DNA of 64,000 bases. It comes from Candidatus Sericytochromatia bacterium (GTDB lineage Bacteria > Cyanobacteriota > Sericytochromatia > S15B-MN24 > UBA4093). Under the pieces are notes generated by a model. The model was not told where the DNA came from. It searched no databases and was given only the letters and a program-made list of their open reading frames with translations. Of this stretch, positions 1 through 10,120 are shown piece after piece (position 1 is the stretch's first letter; each line of letters starts with the position of its first letter). Position numbers and translations under genes: made by a program. The stretch spans positions 64,228-128,227 of the forward strand of contig JAKFCT010000082.1 in the NCBI GenBank assembly GCA_036676495.1. The letters are read 5' to 3'.

Positions 1-412
<412 letters not shown>

Positions 413-521
413 GCGCGGATCCTCTCGTCATGGGGGAGGGACGAGAGGTATTGTACCCACCTCCCCGAGCGCGGGGCGCGAAGTCTTGGACAAGGCCGCC
501 CTCATGCCCTAGTCTGGGAGA

Positions 522-1409
522 ATGCGCGAATTGAAGGTCTTTCCAAGTTTTGCGGCCAAGCCGGCCTTGCTTCCGGTCCTGGCGTTGGTCGGCGGAAGCC
601 TCTCGCTGACGCTGGGGGCATCCTTTGCCAAGGGGCTTTTCCCCGTGGTGGGGGCGGCGGGAACGACCAGCTTCCGCACGGCGTTCGCGGCGATCCTCCT
701 GCTGGCGCTCTGGAGACCGTGGCGCTTGCCGCTCTCGCGCCGCGACGCCGGGGCGATCGCCGCCTACGGCGCGGTGCTGGGCCTGATGAACCTGCTCTTT
801 TACATGGCCTTGCGGACGATTCCCCTGGGGGTGGCGATCGCCATCGAGTTCGTCGGCCCGCTGGCGGTCGCGGTCGCCGCGTCGCGCCGCCGGGCGGATT
901 ACCTCTGGATCGGCTTCGCCGTGGTCGGGCTCTTGCTCTTGCTGCCGCTCGACGCGACGGGACCGCGCCTCGACCCGGTCGGAGTCGCCTACGCCCTCGG
1001 GGCGGCCGTCTGCTGGGCCCTGTACATCGTCTTCGGCCAGCGGGCGGGAAGCGTCCATGGCGGGCAGGCGACCTCGCTGGGCATGACGGTGGCGGCCCTG
1101 GTGGTCTTTCCCTTCGGGCTGGCGCAGGCGGGGACGGCGCTCTTCGATCCGTCGCTCTTGCTCGCAGGCCTGGGCGTGGCCGTCTTGTCGAGCGCGCTGC
1201 CGTACTCTCTGGAGATGTTCGCCTTGACGCGCCTGCCCAAGCAAGCCTACGGCGTCTTGCTGAGCATGGAGCCTGCCGTGGGAGCGGTGGTGGCGTTGGT
1301 GCTGCTCGGGGAGGCGCTCTCGCCGCTTCAGTGGGGGGCGATCGCCTGCATCATGACCGCCTCGATCGGCACGGCGCGGGACGTGACGCCCGCGCCGCGT
1401 GACGCCTGA
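522..1409 (+). CDS. EamA/DMT family transporter (RhtA-like threonine/homoserine exporter)
   Basis: About 10 hydrophobic segments; RhtA-like motifs GASFAKGLFP, IPLGVAIAIEFVGPL and LSSALPYSLEM. Confidence 0.88.
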   Translation: MRELKVFPSFAAKPALLPVLALVGGSLSLTLGASFAKGLFPVVGAAGTTSFRTAFAAILLLALWRPWRLPLSRRDAGAIAAYGAVLGLMNLLFYMALRTIPLGVAIAIEFVGPLAVAVAASRRRADYLWIGFAVVGLLLLLPLDATGPRLDPVGVAYALGAAVCWALYIVFGQRAGSVHGGQATSLGMTVAALVVFPFGLAQAGTALFDPSLLLAGLGVAVLSSALPYSLEMFALTRLPKQAYGVLLSMEPAVGAVVALVLLGEALSPLQWGAIACIMTASIGTARDVTPAPRDA

Positions 1410-1435
1410 GGAGCCGAGCCAAGGAGAACGCCTGA

Positions 1436-2056
1436 CTAGGCGGATTCCTTGCCGGGCATGGCGGCCAGGTGATCGATGAAGCGGCTGATCTCCAGCGAGG
1501 TCAATTCGGAGCGGCTGAGCTTGTTGAAGGTCTTCAGCAAGTAGTCGCGGCCGTCCTTTTCGCTCCAGCCGACCCGGGCCATCTCGGCGGCGACCTTGTT
1601 GATCTGCTTGGGGGTCGCGAGCCGGACGGGGGCGGCCGTGAGCGCGACCGTCTCTCCGTCGGAGTGGCTGTGCGTCCCGACGCCGTGCGTCCCGGCGCCA
1701 TGCGTCCCGGCGCTCGCCGCTCCGGTATCGTCGAGCTCGACCACCGAGGTCATGCCGATGTTCACCGCGTCCCGGAAGGCCCGGGCCTTGGCGCGGGTCT
1801 CGGCCATGCGGATGAGGTGCTTGGCGATCATGGAATTGACGTTCTGGGGGTTGGCGTCGCCGATGCCGGCGAAGACCTTTCCTCCTTCGAGCTCGACCTC
1901 GGCGGTGACCACCGCGGTCTGGCCGTTAGAGGCGTCGGGAAGCTGCACCAGGCGGGTCCGGATGGCTTTCAGGCCCCGGGCATGGGCCTCGCTGAGCAGG
2001 CCTTCGTAGGTGATGAATTCCTGACCCTGCAGGGAGATGACGTGACGCTTGTCCAA
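1436..2056 (-). CDS. Rad52/Rad22-like single-strand annealing protein (putative)
   Basis: Core GIGDA...RMAETRAKARAFRDAVNIG, low-complexity AGTHG linker, small helical C-terminal domain (ATPKQI...LTSLEISRFIDHL); TTG start with AAGGAAGGA SD. Confidence 0.6.
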   Translation of the reverse strand: MDKRHVISLQGQEFITYEGLLSEAHARGLKAIRTRLVQLPDASNGQTAVVTAEVELEGGKVFAGIGDANPQNVNSMIAKHLIRMAETRAKARAFRDAVNIGMTSVVELDDTGAASAGTHGAGTHGVGTHSHSDGETVALTAAPVRLATPKQINKVAAEMARVGWSEKDGRDYLLKTFNKLSRSELTSLEISRFIDHLAAMPGKESA

Positions 2057-2129
2057 AGATTCCTTCCTTTGCTCTACGGATGCGCATAGGGGGGAAACCC
2101 TCTCGCAGAGAGCTTTATACCCGGTTTTT

Positions 2130-2143
2130 CGAACATCTATTCG
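2130..2143 (-). promoter_or_regulatory. LexA/SOS-box-like operator (CGAAC-N4-aTTCG)
   Basis: cgaacatctattcg is one mismatch from the Gram-positive CGAAC-N4-GTTCG; it lies just upstream of a minus-strand TATAAA -10 (2114-2119) for the Rad52-like gene. Confidence 0.6.
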
Positions 2144-2203
2144 ATTTCGGGCGGCGCGCGCATGGGGATAGGAGGGGCTGCGCGTGCGTGTTATACTGGT
2201 TAC

Positions 2204-2381
2204 GTATCAGTTGAGAAAGGGTTAACCTGGGATGCCGGGATCGGCATGGGCGCGGGAGACCGTCGTCCGTCGAGCACGGGACAGTGTAAGGCTCAAGGTC
2301 GGGTGGCCTACCACCCTCCGAGGGTCAAGACCCATCGACCCGCCGCAGGCGAGGCCTGCCGGGCTGTAGGAAGGAACCATC
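2204..2381 (+). promoter_or_regulatory. Structured rpsO 5' leader (candidate S15 autoregulatory RNA)
   Basis: Extended -10 TGtTATACT at 2189-2197; long leader with a possible three-way junction at 2297-2340. Confidence 0.4.
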
Positions 2382-2648
2382 ATGCTGCTTAAAGAGAAGA
2401 AGCTCGAGATCATCAACGAGCACAAGCTCCACGAGGGCGACACCGGGTCGCCGGAAGTCCAGATCGCGATCCTGAGCGCCGACATCGACCGCCTCAGCAC
2501 GCATCTCACGGCCAACAAGAAGGACTTCGCGTCCCGTCGGGGCCTGCTCAAGATGGTCGGCCAGCGTCGCCGCCTCTTGAACTACCTGATGAAGAAGGAT
2601 GTGCAGCGCTACCGCGCCATCGTCGCCAAGCTTGGCCTTCGCCGCTAA
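2382..2648 (+). CDS. rpsO: 30S ribosomal protein S15
   Basis: [12 protein letters not shown] and [19 protein letters not shown] motifs. Confidence 0.99.
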   Translation: MLLKEKKLEIINEHKLHEGDTGSPEVQIAILSADIDRLSTHLTANKKDFASRRGLLKMVGQRRRLLNYLMKKDVQRYRAIVAKLGLRR

Positions 2649-2680
2649 GGGGCCGCGGCTCGTTCCGCACCCATTGCCTT

Positions 2681-2777
2681 GAAGCCCGCTCTGTCCCACG
2701 GGCCGCTCGAACTCGATCTTGATTGAGCTCTTCGGCCCTGGGCAGGCGGGTTTCGACCGTTATACAGGGTCGAAACC
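2681..2777 (+). promoter_or_regulatory. rpsO-pnp intergenic long hairpin (possible RNase III processing site)
   Basis: Imperfect stem 2681-2754 (gaagcccgc...gcgggtttc) and an overlapping alternative stem ggtttcgacc/ggtcgaaacc (2749-2777). Confidence 0.45.
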
Positions 2778-2817
2778 GCGACACAGCAAGCCTGTAAGCA
2801 AAGAATTGGAAGAGAAG

Positions 2818-4950
2818 ATGAGTAACGAAGTGAAGACCTACCGCTATACCCTCGATGGCCAGGAAATCGAGATGACCTTCGGCAAGTATGCCGGCCAGGC
2901 CAACTCCTCGGTTTTCGTCCAGTGCGGCGGCACCGCCGTCCTGGTGATGGCCACCATGAGCAAGAAGCCCCGTGAGGGAATCGACTTCTTCCCCCTGGTG
3001 GTGGACTACGAGGAGAAGCTTTACGCGGTGGGCCGCGTTCCGGGCAGCTTCCTGCGCCGCGAAGGCCGGGGTTCGGAGAATGCGATCCTCAGCGGCCGCC
3101 TGATCGACCGCTCGATCCGCCCGCTTTTCCCCAACGGCTTCCGTAACGACGTCCAGGTCGTCGCCTACGTCATGAGCTCGGATCAGCAGGTCCAGCCCGA
3201 CGTGCTCGCGATGGTCGGCGCCTCGGCCGCCCTGGTCACTTCGGACATCCCCTTCTCGGGCCCGGTCGCAGGCGTTCGCGTCGGCCGGATCGACGGCGAG
3301 TGGATCGTCAACCCCACCTTCTCCGAGATCGAAGAGTCCGACATGGACCTGGTCGTCGCCGGGACCGCCGACGCCGTCATGATGGTCGAGGCCGGCATCA
3401 ACATCGTCCCCGAGGACGAGGTCCTCGACGGCATCGCCGTGGGCTGGGACGCCGTCAAGGAACTCTGCGAGTGGCAGGAGCAGATCATCAAGGAGATCGG
3501 CAAGGCCAAGCTCGAAGTCTCCAACGTCGAGCTCGACCCCCGCATGGTGAACTTCCTCGAGGGCTACATGGATCGCATGACCACGGTCATGCAGAACCCC
3601 GACAAGGCTGCGCGCTCCAGCGCCGTCGAAGCCGTCAACGAGGAGATCACCGGCGCCCTGGCCGCCCTTCCCGAAGGCGACGAGCTCCGCGAGCTGGTCA
3701 TGGCCAACCCCAAGCTGATCGCCGATGGCCTCTACTGGATCGAGAAGAAGACCCTGCGCAAGCTGGTCACCGAGAAGGGCATCCGGATCGACGGGCGCAA
3801 GCTCAACGAGATCCGCGCCATCTCCGTCGAGGTCGGCGTGCTGCCCCGCACCCACGGCACCGGCCTCTTCCGCCGCGGCCAGACCCAGGTCCTCTCGGTG
3901 GCGACCCTCGGCTCGACCGGCGACGCCCAGAAGATCGACTCGATCGACCCCATCGCGACCAAGCGCTACATGCACCACTACAACTTCCCCGGCTTCTCGG
4001 TCGGTGAGGTGAAGCCCCAGCGCGGTCCCGGCCGCCGCGAGATCGGCCACGGCGCCCTCGCCGAGCGCGCCATCCTCCCGGTCCTCCCCTCGGCCGAGGA
4101 GTTCCCCTACGCCCTGCGCGTGGTCTCCGAGGTGCTCGAGTCCAACGGCTCGACCTCGATGGCCTCGACCTGCGGCTCGACGCTGGCCCTGATGGACGCG
4201 GGCGTCCCCCTCAAGGCTCCCGTCGCCGGCATCGCGATGGGTCTCATCAAGGAAGGCGAGCGCTTCGCCGTCCTCACCGACATCCAGGGCATCGAGGATC
4301 ACCTCGGCGACATGGACTTCAAGGTGACCGGCACCAAGGAAGGCATCACCGCCCTCCAGATGGACATCAAGATCCACGGCATCTCCCTCGAGATCATGGA
4401 GACCGCGCTGGAGCAGGCGCTCCAGGCCCGCCTCTTCATCCTCGACAAGATGACCGCGGTCATGCCCGAGCCCCGCACGGAGATGAGCCCGTACGCTCCG
4501 CGGATCATCACCCTCAAGATCAACCCCGACAAGATCGGCGCCCTGATCGGCCCCGGCGGCAAGAACATCAAGAAGATCGTCGAGGAGACCGGCGTCAAGA
4601 TCGACATCGAGGATGACGGCTCCGTCTTCATCACCACGGCGGACGCCGAGGCGGCCCGCAAGGCCACCGCGGCGGTGGGTCGCTTCACCCGCGAGGCCGA
4701 GGTCGGCGGTATCTACAAGGGCAAGGTCACCCGCCTCATGAACTTCGGCGCCTTCGTCGAGATCATGCCCGGCAAGGAAGGCCTGGTCCACATCTCGCAG
4801 CTCGCCCCCGAGCGGGTCGCGAAGGTCGAAGACGTCGTCAAGGTGGGCGACGAGGTGGTCGTCAAGGTCGTCGAGATCGACAACCAGGGCCGCGTCAACC
4901 TCACCATCAAGGGCGTCAACGCCGAAGAGAAGCAGAAGGTTGGCGTCTAG
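2818..4950 (+). CDS. pnp: Polyribonucleotide nucleotidyltransferase (PNPase)
   Basis: [21 protein letters not shown] and [10 protein letters not shown] motifs, KH and S1 domains; ATG at 2818 chosen for its SD. Confidence 0.99.
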   Translation: MSNEVKTYRYTLDGQEIEMTFGKYAGQANSSVFVQCGGTAVLVMATMSKKPREGIDFFPLVVDYEEKLYAVGRVPGSFLRREGRGSENAILSGRLIDRSIRPLFPNGFRNDVQVVAYVMSSDQQVQPDVLAMVGASAALVTSDIPFSGPVAGVRVGRIDGEWIVNPTFSEIEESDMDLVVAGTADAVMMVEAGINIVPEDEVLDGIAVGWDAVKELCEWQEQIIKEIGKAKLEVSNVELDPRMVNFLEGYMDRMTTVMQNPDKAARSSAVEAVNEEITGALAALPEGDELRELVMANPKLIADGLYWIEKKTLRKLVTEKGIRIDGRKLNEIRAISVEVGVLPRTHGTGLFRRGQTQVLSVATLGSTGDAQKIDSIDPIATKRYMHHYNFPGFSVGEVKPQRGPGRREIGHGALAERAILPVLPSAEEFPYALRVVSEVLESNGSTSMASTCGSTLALMDAGVPLKAPVAGIAMGLIKEGERFAVLTDIQGIEDHLGDMDFKVTGTKEGITALQMDIKIHGISLEIMETALEQALQARLFILDKMTAVMPEPRTEMSPYAPRIITLKINPDKIGALIGPGGKNIKKIVEETGVKIDIEDDGSVFITTADAEAARKATAAVGRFTREAEVGGIYKGKVTRLMNFGAFVEIMPGKEGLVHISQLAPERVAKVEDVVKVGDEVVVKVVEIDNQGRVNLTIKGVNAEEKQKVGV

Positions 4951-4963
4951 TCGCTAGCCTCTC

Positions 4964-4998
4964 AGCGGACCGGGGAGCTTCGGCTTCCCGGTCCGTTT
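4964..4998 (+). terminator. Probable intrinsic terminator after pnp
   Basis: agcggaccggggagc-ttcg-gcttcccggtccgtt hairpin with a short T tail. Confidence 0.65.
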
Positions 4999-5014
4999 CC
5001 CCATGGGAGGGGCC

Positions 5015-5052
5015 GTGGGGCGGGCCTGTGGGGCGGGCCTCCGTGCCCGCCC
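5015..5052 (+). repeat. REP-like palindrome, family A (partial copy plus full copy in tandem)
   Basis: gtggggcgggcct followed by gtggggcgggcctccgtgcccgccc; recurs at 38093 and 52546. Confidence 0.7.
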
Positions 5053-5213
5053 TGCATCGATGGTTTCGTGCTTGAACTCAGTGGCTGCGGCCCTCACAGC
5101 CAGCCTGAATGCACGAGGCGGCGCGGTTTATGCATTAGAATGAGGGCAGTGATGACTCAGGATGGCTGCATCCACGTCGCGGGTGGGTTCCCGCGTAGCA
5201 AGGGCCGGCATTG

Positions 5214-6479
5214 ATGGAAAACCGTGAGCAGAAGTTCGTCCTCTCCAACGGGGTGAGGGTGCTGATCGAGGAAATCCCGCACGTCCGCTCCGCCTCGGTG
5301 GGGTTCTGGGTCGACGCGGGGACCAAGGATGAGTCCGCGTCGAACAACGGGATCTCCCACTTCATCGAGCACATGATGTTCAAGGGGACCGCCACGCGGA
5401 GTGCCCTCGAAATCGCCCGCTCGCTGGAGGATACCGGAGGCGCCCTGAACGCCTTCACCGACAAGGAGAACACCTGCTACTACGCGCGGGTGCTCGACGA
5501 TCAGGTGCCCTTGGCCATCGACGTGCTCTCCGACATGCTCATGCACTCCGCCATGGATCCCGCGGAGCTGAAGCGCGAGAAGCAGGTGGTGATCGAGGAG
5601 ATCAAGATGTACGAGGACCAGCCCGACGAGCTGGTTCAGGACATGTTCAGCGAGGCCTTCTGGGGCGACCACCCCCTGGGCCGCCCCATCGTGGGCACGC
5701 GCCAGACGGTCCGCGGCACCCGCCGCGAGGACATCTTCGATTACCTCGACCGCAACTACTCCCCCGACCGGATCGTCGTCTCGATCGCCGGGAACGTGGA
5801 TACCGCCCAGGTGCTCGACCAGCTCGAATCGACCATCGGCCAGCTGAAGCGCCCCGGCGAGCAGCGCCTCCTCACCGGGCCCGCGAACCTCATCAACACC
5901 AAGATCAAGTACAAGGACATCGAGCAGGTCCACCTCTGCATGGGCACCCCGGGCATCGTGGCCACCGACCCCGATCGCTACGTCCTCGCCGTGATCGACT
6001 CCATCCTCGGAGGCGGCATGAGCTCGCGCCTCTTCCAGGAAGTCCGCGAGAAGCGGGGCCTGGCCTACTCGATCTCCTCCTACGAGATCATGTACGCCAA
6101 GGCCGGCGTCTTCGGGGTCTACGCCGGCTGCTCCCCCAAGCATGCCGATCAGGTCGTGGACTTGGTGGTCTCCGAGCTGGAGAAGGTCAAGGCCGACGGC
6201 TTCTCGGACGAGGAGCTGCGACGCGCCAAGGATCAGCTCCGGGGCGGCATGCTGCTCGCGATGGAGACGCCGCGGCACCGCATGAGCCGCATGGCCCGTA
6301 ACGAGCTCTACTTCGGCCGCCTGGTCTCGACCGACGAGGTGATCGCCGACATGGAGCGCGTGACCCTGGCGGACGTCAAGCGGGTGGCCAACCGGATCTT
6401 CGATACCCAGCGGATGACCATGACGGTCGTCGGCCCGGTCCGCAAGATCAAGATGCCGACCCTGGAGAAGGCCAGCTAA
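5214..6479 (+). CDS. M16 (pitrilysin) family zinc peptidase
   Basis: HFIEHMMFKGT (HxxEH), NAFTDKE and GGGMSSRLFQEVREKRGLAY; conserved position downstream of pnp. Confidence 0.96.
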   Translation: MENREQKFVLSNGVRVLIEEIPHVRSASVGFWVDAGTKDESASNNGISHFIEHMMFKGTATRSALEIARSLEDTGGALNAFTDKENTCYYARVLDDQVPLAIDVLSDMLMHSAMDPAELKREKQVVIEEIKMYEDQPDELVQDMFSEAFWGDHPLGRPIVGTRQTVRGTRREDIFDYLDRNYSPDRIVVSIAGNVDTAQVLDQLESTIGQLKRPGEQRLLTGPANLINTKIKYKDIEQVHLCMGTPGIVATDPDRYVLAVIDSILGGGMSSRLFQEVREKRGLAYSISSYEIMYAKAGVFGVYAGCSPKHADQVVDLVVSELEKVKADGFSDEELRRAKDQLRGGMLLAMETPRHRMSRMARNELYFGRLVSTDEVIADMERVTLADVKRVANRIFDTQRMTMTVVGPVRKIKMPTLEKAS

Positions 6480-6620
6480 TCTTCCCTGTCTTGTCCCCCC
6501 TTGATGGGGGGACCGGCGAAGCCGAGGGGGGTGTTAGCCGGCGAAGCCATGGCGCTCCGCGATAGGGAACCTGGGAGCAGTAACACCCCCCTGTGGTCCC
6601 CCCGTTGAGGGGGGACAAGA
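6477..6620. repeat. MITE/REPIN-like element, copy 1
   Basis: Closely similar to 14875-15040 over most of its length; inverted ends tcttgtcccccc/ggggggacaaga. Confidence 0.8.
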
Positions 6621-6628
6621 GACGTCAC

Positions 6629-7060
6629 ATGCACGACACCATCACCATTCGCTTCCAGTGCCTCAGCGATCGCGCCCGTCCTCCCCTGGTCAGCCAGGAA
6701 GGGGATGTGGCGGCCGATCTCTTCGCCGCCGCCGAGGTGGTGATCCCGGCACGCGGGCGCGCCATGGTTCCCACGGATCTGGCGCTCGAGTTGCCGCCTG
6801 GCTTCCGGGCTCGGATCCACTCGCGCTCGGGCCTCAGCCTGAAGCATGGCATCGAGGCGGGGGCGGGGCTCATCGACAACGGCTATCGCCATGCGGTCGG
6901 CGTCCTTCTGTACAACCACTCGGACGTCGATTACTCTGTGGCCGAGGGCGATCGCATCGCCCAGCTCTGCATCGAGCGCTACACGCATCCGATCTTCGAA
7001 GCGGTGGAGCGGGTTGCACCCACGCCGCGGACCGAAGGCTGGGGCTCTTCCGGATCGTAA
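6629..7060 (+). CDS. dut: dUTP diphosphatase (trimeric)
   Basis: Motifs ADL, SRSG, GLIDNGYR, GDRIAQ and GWGSSG. Confidence 0.92.
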   Translation: MHDTITIRFQCLSDRARPPLVSQEGDVAADLFAAAEVVIPARGRAMVPTDLALELPPGFRARIHSRSGLSLKHGIEAGAGLIDNGYRHAVGVLLYNHSDVDYSVAEGDRIAQLCIERYTHPIFEAVERVAPTPRTEGWGSSGS

Positions 7061-7161
7061 GTCCGACGACGGAGAAAATCGAGGCGAAATGCGGCTCTTC
7101 CCCCATCCTGAGAGGCGAGGCCTTGGTGTATGATGAGGGGGATGAAAGGAGCCGGTGCGCC

Positions 7162-8070
7162 ATGACTGACGGGGCCGAGACCCAGCAGGCCGAGACCCAG
7201 ACCACCGAGACCCGAGGGGCCAAGACCCCGCGGGCCGGGACCCAACAGGCCGGGACCGATGCGGCTCCGGGGGCCAAGATTCGCGTGGCCGTGGCCGGAG
7301 CGTCCGGCAAGATGGGGCGCGAGATCGTCAAGGCCATCGCGCAGTCGTCCGAGATGACTTTGGTGGCGGCGATCGCCCGCCGTCAGGCCGGCGAGGACGC
7401 CGGGACGGTCGCGGGCCTCTCTCCCTTGGGCGTCTCGATCGTGCCGCAGCTCAGCGAGGCCCTCGTGCAGGGCGGCATCGACGTCCTGGTGGACGTGACC
7501 ACGCCGCAGGCCGCGGCCGGCCATGCCCTGGAAGCCCTGACGGCCCGAGTTCGCCCCGTGATCGGCACGACCGGCCTCAGCGCCCATGAGATCCAGGAGA
7601 TCACGCACGCCAGCCAGAAGCGGGGCCTGGGAGCCATCCTCGCCCCCAACTTCGCCATCGGCGCCATCCTCATGATGAAGTTCGCCCAGGAGGCGGCCAA
7701 GCACTTCGCGAACGCCGAGATCCTGGAGCTGCATCATAACCAGAAGGCGGATGCCCCCTCGGGGACGGCCCTCAAGACCGCGGAGCTGATGCGGGAGTCG
7801 CGGGCCGCCTTCGGGCTGGACAACGCGCATGAGGTATCGAAGATCGCCGGCGCGCGCGGGGCCGAGGCCCCGGGCGGCATCCACATCCACAGCATCCGGC
7901 TTCCCGGCCTGGTCGCGCACCAGGAGGTCATCTTCGGAGGCCTCGGCCAGACGCTCACGATCCGGCATGATTCCCTCAGCCGGGAGAGCTTCATGCCGGG
8001 CGTCCTCTTCTCGGTTCGCAAGGTCATGGAGCTCGACCATTTCGTCTACGGCCTGGAGCAGATCCTCTAG
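7162..8070 (+). CDS. dapB: 4-hydroxy-tetrahydrodipicolinate reductase
   Basis: VAVAGASGKMG, VIGTTG, APNFAIG and ELHHNQKADAPSGTA; repetitive N-terminal extension. Confidence 0.97.
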   Translation: MTDGAETQQAETQTTETRGAKTPRAGTQQAGTDAAPGAKIRVAVAGASGKMGREIVKAIAQSSEMTLVAAIARRQAGEDAGTVAGLSPLGVSIVPQLSEALVQGGIDVLVDVTTPQAAAGHALEALTARVRPVIGTTGLSAHEIQEITHASQKRGLGAILAPNFAIGAILMMKFAQEAAKHFANAEILELHHNQKADAPSGTALKTAELMRESRAAFGLDNAHEVSKIAGARGAEAPGGIHIHSIRLPGLVAHQEVIFGGLGQTLTIRHDSLSRESFMPGVLFSVRKVMELDHFVYGLEQIL

Positions 8071-8104
8071 CCCGCGCCGGCGGCGCGTCATGAAGGAGGT
8101 CCCC

Positions 8105-9157
8105 TTGAATCGGTATCACGTCGCGATCCTCGGAGCCACGGGCATGGTCGGCCAGGAGATGCTGGAGATCCTGCTGGATCGGGGCTTTCCGGCCGAGCGG
8201 ATCACGCTCCTCGCCTCCGAGCGCTCGGCGGGCAGGACCGTGACGTGCCGAGGCCGGGACTTCACGGTGGAGCGGGCCTGCCCCGAGGCCTTCGAGGGGG
8301 TGGATGTCGTCCTGGCGTCGGCCGGCGGCTCGGTGAGCGCGGCGCTGGCCCCGGAGGCGGTGAAGCGCGGCGCGGTCGTGATCGACAATACCTCCCACTT
8401 CCGCATGGATCCGACCGTCCCCCTGGTGATCCCCGAGATCAACGCGCAGGCCCTGGAAGGGCATCACGGGATCGTCGCCAACCCCAACTGCTCGACCGCC
8501 ATCCTCCTGATGGCCCTCAACCCGCTTCGCAAGCGCTTCAACGTCGAGCGCGTCCTCGTCTCCACGTACCAGTCGGTCTCGGGAGCCGGCAAGGAAGCCG
8601 TCGACGAGCTCCGGATGCAGACCGCCGCCCAATTGAGCGGGGAGGACCTGGCGCCGGCGGCCCTCTCCCGGCCGATCGCCTTCAACCTGATTCCGCAGAT
8701 CGATGCCTTCCTGGACTCCGGTTACACCAAGGAGGAGATGAAGTTCACGAACGAGACTCGCAAGATCTTCGAGGCGCCGGAGTTCCGGATCTCGGGGACC
8801 TGCGTGCGGGTGCCGGTCGCGGTCGGCCATGCGATGACGGTGAACGTGGAGTTCGACCGGCCGGTCTCGCCGGAGGAAGTCCGCGATGCCCTCTCCGAGG
8901 CCCCCGGCGTCCGCGTCATGGACGATCCGAAGCTCATGGCCTACCCGCAGCCGACCGATGCCGCCGGCCTCGACGAGGTGCTGGTCGGCCGGATCCGCGG
9001 GGACGTCTCCCATCCGCATGGGATCAACCTCTGGGTGGTGGGCGACAACCTTCGCAAGGGAGCGGCGCTCAACGCCGTCCAGATCGCCGAGGCGATGCAC
9101 CGGCGCGGCCTCCTGCAGGCGCGGCGGCCCGCCTTGTCTGCTGATCCCCAGTCGTAG
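8105..9157 (+). CDS. asd: Aspartate-semialdehyde dehydrogenase
   Basis: GATGMVG, IVANPNCST and DNLRKGAALNAVQIAE; TTG start after AGGAGG. Confidence 0.97.
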   Translation: MNRYHVAILGATGMVGQEMLEILLDRGFPAERITLLASERSAGRTVTCRGRDFTVERACPEAFEGVDVVLASAGGSVSAALAPEAVKRGAVVIDNTSHFRMDPTVPLVIPEINAQALEGHHGIVANPNCSTAILLMALNPLRKRFNVERVLVSTYQSVSGAGKEAVDELRMQTAAQLSGEDLAPAALSRPIAFNLIPQIDAFLDSGYTKEEMKFTNETRKIFEAPEFRISGTCVRVPVAVGHAMTVNVEFDRPVSPEEVRDALSEAPGVRVMDDPKLMAYPQPTDAAGLDEVLVGRIRGDVSHPHGINLWVVGDNLRKGAALNAVQIAEAMHRRGLLQARRPALSADPQS

Positions 9158-9219
9158 CGCGCCTCTCGGTGGACTCCGTCCGCCAAAGGTGAGAAGATAA
9201 GAGGATTCAAGGAGTGACG

Positions 9220-10119
9220 ATGAAAACCTTCGGCCGCGTTTTGACCGCCATGGTGACCCCCTTCGATGCGGAGGGCCGCGTCGACGTCGCGCAGGCCAAG
9301 CGGCTCGCGACGCAGCTCCTGGACAACGGCTCGGACGGCATCGTGGTGGTGGGCACCACCGGCGAGTCGCCCACGCTCAGCCACGAGGAGAAGCTCGCGA
9401 TGTTCGCCGCGGTCGTCGAGGCCGCCCAGGGGCGCGGCGCGGTCATCGCGGGGACGGGATCCAACGATACCGCCGCCACCGTCGCGCTCACCCAGGACGC
9501 CGAGCGGCTCGGCTGCGACGGGATCCTCTTGATCTCGCCCTACTACAACAAGCCCAACCAGGAAGGCCTGTACCGGCATTTCCGGACGGCCGCCGAGGCC
9601 ACCCGCCTGCCGGTGATCCTGTATAACCACCCGCCCCGGACCGGGGTGGCGATCGCCCCGGAGACCGTCGCGCGTCTCGCGCAGGTCTCCAACATCGTGG
9701 GGCTCAAGGACTCCTCGGCCAGCCTCGACGTCGCCTCCGATTTCCGGAAGGTGACGCCCGATAGCTTCCTGCTTTATTCGGGCAACGACTCCCTCACCCT
9801 CCCGATGCTCGCCATCGGCGGCTACGGCGTGATCTCGGTGGCCACCCACGTGGTCGGCAACGAGGTGCGCGCCATGGTGGACGCCACCCTGCGCGGGGAC
9901 TGGGAGGAAGCCCGTCGGATCCACTTCCGGCTCTGGGATATTTTCAACGGATTGTTCATGGCGCCGTCCCCCGCCCCCGTCAAGGAAGCCCTCTCGATGA
10001 CGGGCTTGCCGGTGGGGGGAGTGCGCCTGCCCCTCGTCGAGCTCACGGCGGAGGAACGCCGCCGCCTCGCGGGGATGATGCATGACCTGGGCCTCATGAA
10101 GGCCCCTGCGGAGGTTTAA
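9220..10119 (+). CDS. dapA: 4-hydroxy-tetrahydrodipicolinate synthase
   Basis: GTTGESPTL, PYYNKP, LYNHPPRTG and GLKDSS. Confidence 0.97.
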   Translation: MKTFGRVLTAMVTPFDAEGRVDVAQAKRLATQLLDNGSDGIVVVGTTGESPTLSHEEKLAMFAAVVEAAQGRGAVIAGTGSNDTAATVALTQDAERLGCDGILLISPYYNKPNQEGLYRHFRTAAEATRLPVILYNHPPRTGVAIAPETVARLAQVSNIVGLKDSSASLDVASDFRKVTPDSFLLYSGNDSLTLPMLAIGGYGVISVATHVVGNEVRAMVDATLRGDWEEARRIHFRLWDIFNGLFMAPSPAPVKEALSMTGLPVGGVRLPLVELTAEERRRLAGMMHDLGLMKAPAEV

Positions 10120-10120
10120 T

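Noticed and set aside
1436-2056. Prophage remnant around the Rad52-like gene (likewise 37095-37976)
   Set aside because: Flanking genes are housekeeping, composition is host-like, and I see no integrase, att site or structural genes
2548-4791. Long antisense and alternative-frame ORFs (for example 2548-4791, 40650-42998, 46061-48625, 52604-55348)
   Set aside because: Shadows of real genes caused by high GC and codon bias; no recognisable motifs
6477-6620. CRISPR array or IS element
   Set aside because: No repeat-spacer periodicity, no cas genes and no transposase ORF; treated as a non-autonomous repeat
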